DNA from: a virus
Lineage: Duplodnaviria > Caudoviricetes
Length of the DNA: 39,088 nucleotides
IMG/VR virus record: IMGVR_UViG_3300033146_000459
Location: 1-39,088 of that record
Reading direction: 5' to 3' (one strand)
How positions within the stretch are numbered: the first letter of the stretch is position 1; each line of letters begins with the position of its first letter. A program made the translations under genes and the position numbers. A model generated the notes under the pieces. It was given only the letters and a program-made list of their open reading frames with translations, was not told the DNA's origin and made no database searches. Shown here piece after piece: positions 9,399 through 18,105 of the stretch.

Positions 9399-12300
9399 TG
9401 TCAATTTTTGGAGATATAAGGAACATGTTCAAAGAAGAAGATGAGGAACAGGATTATTTAAACGATGTCACTACAGATGTTTATAATAAACTAGGAGACA
9501 GAGGAAAGCAAGTTTATAACGAACAGATAGTTAAAAGAGATACACTTAGTATTCCACAGAACATAGCAAATAACGCAGGTAGTATAGGAAGCTGGAGTAT
9601 TAGTCAAGGTATTCAATCCGGTGGCTCTATGAATGATCTAGTGAATATAGCTTCTAGAACCACACCCAAGGATAATATAGCTAGTTATGCGGGTATGGGA
9701 TTTGGTGGTATGTTGAAAAAAGATAAAAACTTTGGAATAAAAGCAAAGGCTTCTGTAGATACTATATCTAATGAAATTAACGATTGGCTTGGTGATTCAG
9801 TTGAGTACGAGGGATTCGCAGATGGTCCTCAAGATTTAACTAGACGAGCATTTGTTAATTTTTCGGGTATATATAATACAGGTACGGAATACACAAAAAA
9901 TTTAAAGAAAACTAGTTATCTAGAATTACTAGATGAAACGTACGATATAGCAAAGAAATTAAATCCATTAGATAGGTTTACACCATCAGTCGATAAACCT
10001 TTCACTAAAATGGGTAAATGGTTGGGTATAGAGAATAAACCAATGGAAGATTATCTCAGTAAAGAAGCTAATGCAAAAGTTGATAACTTTTTAAATGCTG
10101 TACAAAGTGAAACAAAAGATTTTCAAACTGCTTATAGGGGTAAGGATAATGCTTGGACTTTCGTAGGTGATGTAGTTGGTAGTTTGGCACAATACGCGAC
10201 TATAGGAACTATAACTGGTTCGCCTACAGCAGTAAGTGTATTTTCAGGTTTACAAGGAGCTGATCAAGTTTTAGAAATCTTGGATGGTACCGATATGACA
10301 CCAGCAGAAAAAGCAAGTGTTTCTACGATAGGTGGGATAATGAATGCATGGATAGAACAATTCGGAGGTGTTAAATTCGGGGATTATAATATATTAAAAT
10401 ACGCACCAAAAGGAAGTAATATGTTACAAACTTTTTCTAAGATGAAGGGAGCAGTTCTTTTAAAGAAGTTTAGTAATATATTTACAAAAGTAATGTTACC
10501 AGAATCTATGGAGGAAGTAGCGCAGAGTTCCGTAATGGATGCCATACAAAAAATATACACAGATAAAGAACTTGGTTTTAATACTCCTGAGTATTGGAAA
10601 GGAAAAGGTATGGAAGCTTTAGGAGGAGCAGTAGGTGGTATATTCGGAGGTGGTATGAGTTTTATGTCTAATCAAGTTACAAGAAGAGGTATAAAAAAAT
10701 CACTTAAAAAGAATTTAATTAAAAATGGTTTTGAAGAAGCTGATGCTAATTTTATTGCTGATGATATGGTAAGACAGTTTGAAACTAACGAGAATAACGA
10801 GAATAAAGAAAGTGAATACTTAAATATAGCTATCAAAAATAGAATAGAAAACAGCTTACGAGAAGATGGTCCTCAAATGAAGATGAGTGTTGAAGAAGAA
10901 AGTGGAACCACTTTAAAAACCCTTGAAAAATTAAAGGGAAGAAAGATCGTATCTAAACAGTTTATTTTAGACTTGACTAATTCTGGAGATATCAAGCAGG
11001 TTGAAAGGGATATGATCAGAAAGGAACTAGAAGGAATGCCTGATAAGATAAATATTGAAGAGTTTACAAATAGAGTTAAAACGAATTTAATTCCTTTATA
11101 TAGGAGTGGAGAGGGAGAAGGACCTAGTTTAATGTACGAAAACGTTGCTTTGCAAGACGAAGAAAGGGGGGACGTTGAAAATTATAACGCCCACGTATAT
11201 GAAAGTCCTATTGAGAATTCGGCAGGAGGGGTTCATTTTGATATGGATTTAAACCCTAATTATTTTGCGCATACTCGAGTTGAAGATATGGCAGACGGAG
11301 AAACAAGGAGAGTAATTGAAATACAATCTGATTTATTTCAAAAGGGAGGGTTAGAAAAAAAGATAAGACCTCAAGGAGAATTAGATAGAGGATACGATTA
11401 CGATTATAAGAAACTTAAAAGAAACTTGAGTATACATAGAGATCAGCTCGATGTTGATACAGTAGAGGCTTACGAAAAGGTTGAGGAGCAAAGAAATAAA
11501 CTTAAACCATATCGTGATACATATCACGAAAGAATTATAAGAGAAGAAATAAAACAAGCAGCTCAGGACGGTAAAAGTAAAATTCAAATACCAGTTGGGA
11601 AAACAGCTATGAAAATAGAGGGATTATACCAAGAAGGAGATATTGCTGATTGGGAGATTGATAGAGGGGATGGATATGAACCCCTAGTTCCTAATATGCT
11701 AGAGGAAGGATTAAAGATAATGGATCGCAGTAATGACCATTGGATAATAACGCAAGTCGGAATAAGAGGAGAGTTCCGTGCGGTTCCTTTTGAGACACGA
11801 GAAAGTTACATAACTCAAATAAGAGACTACCATGAAATGATGGGTACAGAGGCAGATATGCCTACATCAGAAAGTGATATAGATGAAGCCATAAAAGAAA
11901 TGCAAGAAGAGACAGTGGGCTCCGAGGGGTTTAGTGTTCACCCAGGGGCCGTAAATATAGGCAGTCCTATTTATAGGTTCTATGAAAAAACAATTGGTAA
12001 GTTTGTAAAAAATAAATACAATGCTCAGAGGGTTACAGATGAGAGAGGAATAGAGTGGTGGGAGATTGATGTGAAAGAATCCTACGGAAAAGACCCTGTG
12101 CAAGCATTCAGGTTAGGACGCAAAGGAAAATCCAATGTTACTAAAAAAGAATTAATTGCTAAGTTGAATGAAATCCTACCTAAAGGAACTTTGACACTAA
12201 AAGTAGTAGAAGAAATATTAGAAGAAGGAAATTCAAAAGGAAATGTAAAAAAACTAGGTTCCTATTTTAATAAAATTATAACAGTATTGGGCGAGAATGG

Positions 12301-15300
12301 TTTAGTATCTGATCAAACTGGTTACCACGAAGCATTTCATCAAATATGGGATATGTCTTTAACTAGGCAAGAGAAAGCAGGGATTACAAGAGAAATTTAT
12401 GAAAAGTATCCTGAGAAGATTGAATCGTATTCTAAAAAATATAATTCAGGTGTTGCTCAAGAAGTACTGGCTGATTTATTTGCAGATTATATAAAAGGAC
12501 AAACTAATAACAAACCAACAACATTTACAGGTAAAATTTTAGAGTTCTTTGAGAAATTATTTGAATACTTCTCAAACATAGATACAGATAATATCGATGC
12601 AGTGTTTGACAAGATAGCTCAAGGAGAAATGGTATCACGTGAGACTAGGGACAGTGGAGGAGAGAAGTTCTCAAGCCTAGAAGATTTAACCAAGAGTCCT
12701 AACTTCAAGAGCTGGTTTGGTGATAGTAAAGTGGTGGATGATGAAGGGAATCCTTTAGTTGTTTATCATGGAACAAATCAAGAATTTTCAAATTTTGATA
12801 AGGGTATGTTGGGAAATATGACGAAAGCTTCAAGTGCAGAAAAAGGGTTTTTCTTTACAGATAGCAAAGGAGAAGCTAAATCCTATTCAGAATTAGCAGG
12901 AAGGACTCAGATTAGAAATCAAAAAGAATTTGATGCAAAGATGGATCAGTTGAATAATGAGTTAGACAACGCAACAAGGAACAGAAATTGGGATGAGCAA
13001 GAAAGGATCACAGAAGAAATAAGTGATTATGAAATATCTTTCACAAGGGAAGATGTTAAGAAAGGTCTGAAAGTATATGAAACATATTTAAGAATTGAGG
13101 ATTTAATGATAGTTGACTTTGGTGGTGAAGGAGCATTTGATAGTTCGACTGGTGGTATTTCAAAACTGATTATAGAGGCGAAGGCAAAAGGACACGATGG
13201 AATTATGTTGAAAAACATATTAGATTCTCCAGATTTTTCAGGTAAGCCTACAAATCATTATGTAGCTTTTGATCCTAACCAAATCAAGTCAGTAGATAAC
13301 AAAGGAGGATTTTCTATTTACAATGATAATATATATATGTCTACCTCCTCAGAACAACAAGGGATCTATAAAGAAGCGTTGAAATACGATAGTGCAGAGG
13401 AGTTTGTGGAGAGTCAGAGTAGTATAGCCCCTAATAAAAAAGGGTATAGTGATGAATTTAAAGGGAGAACTGAATATAAAGAAGCTATACAGGAATTACA
13501 AGAGAACACAGGAGAAGTCTTAGTTAAAGACACGATTGATATAAGTAAACTAGAAGCTACTCAAACAACCAAAGATATTGAAAGACTTACTAGAGTTAGA
13601 AAAGAGATAAATGATGGAATAAAAAATCCTTTAGTAGTTGAGTATCAGTCTCCTAATTTTTATACAGTTATGGATGGGAATACTAGGCTAGGAGTTTATA
13701 AAGAACTAGGAATTAAAAAAGTTCCTATTGTAGTGAATAAAAGTGGTGCAAAGAATATCAAAACCAAACAACAACTAACAGAAATCTACAACAAAGCACA
13801 CGAAGGGAAGATGATGAGTGTTGAAGAAGAGGTTAAGACTAAAAAAGAAACAGCACATGAAGAATATGAGAGATTACAAATAAAATTAAAAGAAATAGAT
13901 AATAACAGGAAAGAACTTGAATTGACTAAGGGAGAAGAGTACGTGAAGGTTATCACTAAACGCATGAAAGAATTAAAAGTTGGTAGAAGGTATACCAAAG
14001 AAGAATATGATACACAATTAAAAGATATCAAGAACTTTATAAGTAAAACTATTAAAATAGGTAAACTTGATAAACTTAATAAGCGTGAACTAAATAAACT
14101 TATTGCTGTGATGCGAGATACTACTTATACACCACAGAAACTAGAAAAGGCTTATAAAAGTATTGTGAAGATACAAGAGCGTTTAGATAAAGACTTATAC
14201 ACACAAAAAATAGATAAATTGATCAAACGTTCAACCCCGACAGTAACAAGCGGGAGAAAAACAGGTAAACTCGGACATAGCCAAAAGATGTTTGATTATA
14301 TCAATCTTAATAGAAATATGACTCAAGTTCACGTGGATGCGAGATTAGGGGCTATTATGGAAAGCGAGAATATTACACCGGAATCTATGGCTGAAAGTGT
14401 TTGGTTACAAATGATACCCACAAAAAAGATGAGCTTGGATCAACTCAAAAGCATATATGAGGAGTTATTGGTTCAATACGATAAAGGAAGAGCCGAACAA
14501 GATATAAAAGACTTTAATAGACAAAGTGAAAAACAATTAACAAAGGAAGCTGTTAAAGATCTACAAGAAGCTGATCCAAAAAGAAGACAAATCAGTGAAA
14601 ACAACTTTGGTAAGATTAAAAAAACTTATTTGAAAGTTAGAGATTTTATGAATGCTAATTTTGGTTTAGAATATTTACTAGATGTACTAGACGAATCTGA
14701 TAAAACCACTAAAGAATATGGTGGCTTAATGGTTAAGTTTAATGACAGGTTATTAAAAGCTCAAAACGAAAGAGAAGCTGGCTTAGAGAAGGTTAGTAAT
14801 ACTATAGCTAAAAAGGCTCAAGAAATATGGGGTAAAAAAGTAGCAGGAGCTTTTGTTAATAACAAGACAAAAAAAGTACAAGTAAATGGTGAATGGTTCA
14901 CTCAGAACGAATTAGCTAAACGATATCAAGAATTTAAAGATCCTACTTTAAATAAGACTTTTGAAGAAATGGGTTATACTCAAGAAAAGAAAGCTGCCAT
15001 GGTTAAAGCTTTAGATCCAAAGTTAAAAGAATTTTCTGATTGGTTAGTGAAAGACTTTTATCCAGCTTATTACGATAGGATCAATCCTGTTTACAGAGAA
15101 AAGTTTGGAATAGATATGCCGAAGAATAAATTTTATTCTCCTATCGCTAGGGTAGGTTTTGACACAGACGAGAATAGTCTAATGGCAGAAGATAATAGAG
15201 CAAGAGCTACTGCAAATAATAAATCTTTGAAATTGAGAATGGGAAGTTCTTTGGAATTAAAGAAATTGGATGTAGTTAATACAGTATCAAACCATATACA

Positions 15301-16636
15301 ACAAATGGAACACTTCATAGCTTTATCTGGATGGTCCTCGGAAGCACAAAGTGTATTCAGAGATCCACAAGTAGCTAAACTACTTAAAAGGAATCAAGGT
15401 GAAGATTTTTATAGTATGTTGATGGATGCGATTGACGCTTCTATCAATGACAAAAAAGATGGAAAAACTTATAAAGCTCTTGATACAATAAGGGGTAATA
15501 TTGCTCTAGGTATGACAAGTTTAAGTCCTACAATTTTTATAAAGCAGCTTACTTCTATACCAGCTATGTGGCAAGATGTTAAAATGATAGAGGCTATGAA
15601 ATATTCAGCAGTATTTTTAGCTAATCCGAGAAAAGCTTTCAAGGAATTAAAAGAAGCTAGTGCTATGTTTAGGCAAAGAGGAGGACATATAGACCGAGAT
15701 CTGCAAATAGCTTTGGGTAAGAACTTAGAATCGATTGTATCTAAGAAGACAACCATTAAAGATATAATGGGTATGCCTACGAAAGTTGGTGATCAGATAG
15801 CTATTGCCCTTGGTGGATACGCCGTATATAGAGCTACACTGGCTAAAACTGGTAGTAAAGATCAAGCAATGCAACAATTCAATAAATCTTATAATAGATC
15901 GCAGCAATCAGGAGCTATACAATATCAAAGTTTTATAGAGAGATCTGGAGGTAGTATAGGAAAGTTATTTTCTATGTTTATGAGTACACCAAAAGCTTAT
16001 ACATCTATAATGCTTAGTAATGTTAGAAATCTAAAGGCGGGTAGAATAAGTAAAAAACAATTTACTAAAACTTTTGTAATACAACAATTCTTGTTACCTA
16101 TGATATTTCAATTTATATCAAGTGGATTCAAATGGGATGACGAGGATATGATGTGGGCGGTTTTATTGTCACCATTGAGAGGATTTATAGGAGTTAGAAA
16201 TATAATCAATACAGCTGTTGATTGGTATACAGGAAAACCTTGGTGGAAAACTACAGCAAGTGGATTACCAGTTTTTTCTCCATTGTTGGATATGTTTGAT
16301 GGAATAGACGGATTACAAAAAGACGATATAAGTATGTCAGATATAATGATAGAAGTGGCTAAGATTATAGATTTTGGATTAACACCTATGTCGGGAATAG
16401 ATTTATCTAAAACTATAAAGACGGGAACTCAAATGCTTAAAGCTCCAGAGAATTGGAGATATGCACTAGGTTTTTCTAATTACACAGTAGATGGTCCAAA
16501 GAAAAAGAAAAATACCTCAAAAAAGAGCGATGATTATTCAAAATTCAATAAGTTTGCTAAGTTTAATAAATTCAATAAGTTTGCTAAGTTTGATAAATTT
16601 GCTAAGTTTAATAAGTTTAATAAGTTTAATAAATAA
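9398..16636 (+). CDS. Giant polyvalent virion/ejection protein (zincin metallopeptidase, ADP-ribosyltransferase-like, ParB-like modules)
   Basis: 2412 aa; HEAFH...EVLAD (~12326-12475); FKSWFGDSKVVDDEGNPLVVYHGT...GFFFT...YVAFDPNQIKS (~12700-13290); PLVV...VMDGNTRL...LGIKKVP (~13630-13730). Confidence 0.75.
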   Translation: MSIFGDIRNMFKEEDEEQDYLNDVTTDVYNKLGDRGKQVYNEQIVKRDTLSIPQNIANNAGSIGSWSISQGIQSGGSMNDLVNIASRTTPKDNIASYAGMGFGGMLKKDKNFGIKAKASVDTISNEINDWLGDSVEYEGFADGPQDLTRRAFVNFSGIYNTGTEYTKNLKKTSYLELLDETYDIAKKLNPLDRFTPSVDKPFTKMGKWLGIENKPMEDYLSKEANAKVDNFLNAVQSETKDFQTAYRGKDNAWTFVGDVVGSLAQYATIGTITGSPTAVSVFSGLQGADQVLEILDGTDMTPAEKASVSTIGGIMNAWIEQFGGVKFGDYNILKYAPKGSNMLQTFSKMKGAVLLKKFSNIFTKVMLPESMEEVAQSSVMDAIQKIYTDKELGFNTPEYWKGKGMEALGGAVGGIFGGGMSFMSNQVTRRGIKKSLKKNLIKNGFEEADANFIADDMVRQFETNENNENKESEYLNIAIKNRIENSLREDGPQMKMSVEEESGTTLKTLEKLKGRKIVSKQFILDLTNSGDIKQVERDMIRKELEGMPDKINIEEFTNRVKTNLIPLYRSGEGEGPSLMYENVALQDEERGDVENYNAHVYESPIENSAGGVHFDMDLNPNYFAHTRVEDMADGETRRVIEIQSDLFQKGGLEKKIRPQGELDRGYDYDYKKLKRNLSIHRDQLDVDTVEAYEKVEEQRNKLKPYRDTYHERIIREEIKQAAQDGKSKIQIPVGKTAMKIEGLYQEGDIADWEIDRGDGYEPLVPNMLEEGLKIMDRSNDHWIITQVGIRGEFRAVPFETRESYITQIRDYHEMMGTEADMPTSESDIDEAIKEMQEETVGSEGFSVHPGAVNIGSPIYRFYEKTIGKFVKNKYNAQRVTDERGIEWWEIDVKESYGKDPVQAFRLGRKGKSNVTKKELIAKLNEILPKGTLTLKVVEEILEEGNSKGNVKKLGSYFNKIITVLGENGLVSDQTGYHEAFHQIWDMSLTRQEKAGITREIYEKYPEKIESYSKKYNSGVAQEVLADLFADYIKGQTNNKPTTFTGKILEFFEKLFEYFSNIDTDNIDAVFDKIAQGEMVSRETRDSGGEKFSSLEDLTKSPNFKSWFGDSKVVDDEGNPLVVYHGTNQEFSNFDKGMLGNMTKASSAEKGFFFTDSKGEAKSYSELAGRTQIRNQKEFDAKMDQLNNELDNATRNRNWDEQERITEEISDYEISFTREDVKKGLKVYETYLRIEDLMIVDFGGEGAFDSSTGGISKLIIEAKAKGHDGIMLKNILDSPDFSGKPTNHYVAFDPNQIKSVDNKGGFSIYNDNIYMSTSSEQQGIYKEALKYDSAEEFVESQSSIAPNKKGYSDEFKGRTEYKEAIQELQENTGEVLVKDTIDISKLEATQTTKDIERLTRVRKEINDGIKNPLVVEYQSPNFYTVMDGNTRLGVYKELGIKKVPIVVNKSGAKNIKTKQQLTEIYNKAHEGKMMSVEEEVKTKKETAHEEYERLQIKLKEIDNNRKELELTKGEEYVKVITKRMKELKVGRRYTKEEYDTQLKDIKNFISKTIKIGKLDKLNKRELNKLIAVMRDTTYTPQKLEKAYKSIVKIQERLDKDLYTQKIDKLIKRSTPTVTSGRKTGKLGHSQKMFDYINLNRNMTQVHVDARLGAIMESENITPESMAESVWLQMIPTKKMSLDQLKSIYEELLVQYDKGRAEQDIKDFNRQSEKQLTKEAVKDLQEADPKRRQISENNFGKIKKTYLKVRDFMNANFGLEYLLDVLDESDKTTKEYGGLMVKFNDRLLKAQNEREAGLEKVSNTIAKKAQEIWGKKVAGAFVNNKTKKVQVNGEWFTQNELAKRYQEFKDPTLNKTFEEMGYTQEKKAAMVKALDPKLKEFSDWLVKDFYPAYYDRINPVYREKFGIDMPKNKFYSPIARVGFDTDENSLMAEDNRARATANNKSLKLRMGSSLELKKLDVVNTVSNHIQQMEHFIALSGWSSEAQSVFRDPQVAKLLKRNQGEDFYSMLMDAIDASINDKKDGKTYKALDTIRGNIALGMTSLSPTIFIKQLTSIPAMWQDVKMIEAMKYSAVFLANPRKAFKELKEASAMFRQRGGHIDRDLQIALGKNLESIVSKKTTIKDIMGMPTKVGDQIAIALGGYAVYRATLAKTGSKDQAMQQFNKSYNRSQQSGAIQYQSFIERSGGSIGKLFSMFMSTPKAYTSIMLSNVRNLKAGRISKKQFTKTFVIQQFLLPMIFQFISSGFKWDDEDMMWAVLLSPLRGFIGVRNIINTAVDWYTGKPWWKTTASGLPVFSPLLDMFDGIDGLQKDDISMSDIMIEVAKIIDFGLTPMSGIDLSKTIKTGTQMLKAPENWRYALGFSNYTVDGPKKKKNTSKKSDDYSKFNKFAKFNKFNKFAKFDKFAKFNKFNKFNK
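10882..10899 (+). repeat. 18-bp direct repeat, copy 1 (GATGAGTGTTGAAGAAGA)
   Basis: Identical to 13813-13830; both encode MSVEEE. Confidence 0.85.
13813..13830 (+). repeat. 18-bp direct repeat, copy 2
   Basis: Identical to 10882-10899. Confidence 0.85.
16541..16633 (+). repeat. 9-bp tandem repeat x10 encoding KF(N/A/D)
   Basis: AA(A/G)TT(T/C)(AAT/GCT/GAT) units running up to the stop codon. Confidence 0.95.
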
Positions 16637-16638
16637 TT

Positions 16639-16797
16639 ATGTACACAGGTTATAAGTTGGATGAATGTATAGTAGTATTTGGTTTTGGTCTTTCATTCTT
16701 GTTATTTTTGAATGTATATGTTGAGGATTTATTAATACTTATTTGTAGCATCTTTGTATTTATATTTTATGCATGGAGATTTAATAATTATAATTAA
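16639..16797 (+). CDS. 52-aa two-TM membrane protein (holin or exclusion candidate); not in ORF track
   Basis: Manual translation MYTGYKLDECIVVFGFGLSFLLFLNVYVEDLLILICSIFVFIFYAWRFNNYN; fills the gap before the endolysin. Confidence 0.6.
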   Translation: MYTGYKLDECIVVFGFGLSFLLFLNVYVEDLLILICSIFVFIFYAWRFNNYN

Positions 16798-16803
16798 AAG
16801 ATT

Positions 16804-17754
16804 ATGAAAAGATTAAGAGATTATCATGTTATATCACCACATCAAGATCATAGTTGGTCTTGTGGTCCTTATTCAGTAAGAAATGCTATGTTAGCTAAGT
16901 GTAAGATGAAAGACATAAAAGCTGATATAGATATTGAAAGAATTTTAGAGATCTGGAACAAACCAAAGCAAGGTTTTCTTTTGCCTTTGATTAATTCGGT
17001 AAAGCAATTCGAAGGGAAGAATATAAACGGAATAGAAATGTTCAATATTATGCAAGGGAAAGAAGAAAGTATAGGTAAATATGTAGATCATTTAGTTACT
17101 CCAGTTATAGCTATAAGCTTTGGAGGTAGAAATAGATACAAAGGAAAAATGGCTTATACAGAAATGAAAGGAAGAACTAGAAAACATATTGTCTGTGTAA
17201 TAGATGAAGTTGACGGAGATTTAAAACTTTCAGATTCAGCATACGGAGATATAGCTTGGATCAGAAAAAAAGATAGGTCCATAATTAAAGATGTAGTTTA
17301 TTTTAATTGTAAGGGATATATTCCTCAAGTTATGGAACCTCTAAAAAAAAAGTATAGAGTTTCACAGTTTTACGGAGAAAATCCAAAGATGTACAAGAAA
17401 TATAAAATGAGAGGACACAATGGAATTGATTATGCAACACCCGAAGGAACACCAGTTTACGCATCTTTCGATGGAGTAACTATAGTAAAGGATAGTGGAG
17501 AAAAAGGATATGGCCTTCACATACGAATTATCAACAAAGATTACGAAGCTGTATATGGACATCTAAGGGACGTATTCGTCCAAGATGGTGAAACAGTAAG
17601 GCAGGGTACTTCAAAGCTAGGAGACACAGGAAATAGTGGGTTTTCTACAGGCCCTCATCTTCATTACGGGATAAGAAATTTAGATAAAGGAGAAATTAGG
17701 GATAAAGACAATGGATTTTTTGGATATAAAGATCCATTAAATTATTTTGGTTAA
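16804..17754 (+). CDS. Endolysin-like: C39-like cysteine peptidase plus M23 metallopeptidase
   Basis: QDHSWSCGP...KHIV...LSDS (C39-like); HNGID, YGHL, TGPHLH (M23 HxxxD/HxH). Confidence 0.85.
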   Translation: MKRLRDYHVISPHQDHSWSCGPYSVRNAMLAKCKMKDIKADIDIERILEIWNKPKQGFLLPLINSVKQFEGKNINGIEMFNIMQGKEESIGKYVDHLVTPVIAISFGGRNRYKGKMAYTEMKGRTRKHIVCVIDEVDGDLKLSDSAYGDIAWIRKKDRSIIKDVVYFNCKGYIPQVMEPLKKKYRVSQFYGENPKMYKKYKMRGHNGIDYATPEGTPVYASFDGVTIVKDSGEKGYGLHIRIINKDYEAVYGHLRDVFVQDGETVRQGTSKLGDTGNSGFSTGPHLHYGIRNLDKGEIRDKDNGFFGYKDPLNYFG

Positions 17755-17773
17755 AGTTTATTTTAAATATATA

Positions 17774-17880
17774 CTTGAGGTTTTAGTACTTTTTTACAGT
17801 GGGACTCTCAAGAAAAGCTTAACACGGTGAAATCGAGTTTATACGTTATATCGTTGAACTGGTTTTCACATTCCTGTTAA
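17774..17880. other. Two adjacent long hairpins in the intergenic region (structured RNA candidate)
   Basis: CTTGAG...CTCAAG (17774-17812); TTAACA-GTGAAA-AGTTTA-ACG / CGT-TGAACT-TTTCAC-TGTTAA (17819-17880). Confidence 0.5.
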
Positions 17881-17885
17881 AATAG

Positions 17886-17914
17886 TTTACTTTTTAAAAA
17901 AGATAAAGTATAGT
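17886..17914 (+). promoter_or_regulatory. Sigma70-like promoter TTTACT-N17-TATAGT
   Basis: Same -35 hexamer and spacing as four other + strand promoters. Confidence 0.7.
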
Positions 17915-17940
17915 GATTTTATTAATTAACCAAACCAAAA

Positions 17941-18105
17941 ATGACTAATGCAGATGTAATTGCATATTTAGAAAAGGCTCATAAGTCGAAAGACTTAGCT
18001 TTTATCGAGTATGTAAACCAAATTACTTGGGGCTACAAAGTAGAACTCAAGCGTTCAAAATATAACCCTAACCAAACCAACCATGGCAAAACAACGAAGA
18101 ATTAA
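17941..18105 (+). CDS. 54-aa hypothetical protein; not in ORF track
   Basis: Manual translation MTNADVIAYLEKAHKSKDLAFIEYVNQITWGYKVELK...; directly downstream of the promoter. Confidence 0.55.
   Translation: MTNADVIAYLEKAHKSKDLAFIEYVNQITWGYKVELKRSKYNPNQTNHGKTTKN

Noticed and set aside
16541-16633. Possible CRISPR array at the tandem repeats (also 6828 and 18481)
   Set aside because: Units are 6-18 bp, in frame within genes and lack unique spacers; no cas genes seen
9398-16636. Virion RNA polymerase (N4- or crAss-like)
   Set aside because: No DxDGD/DFDID or T7-type polymerase motifs recognised
17774-17880. tRNA gene
   Set aside because: No cloverleaf, T-loop GTTCRA or CCA end could be fitted
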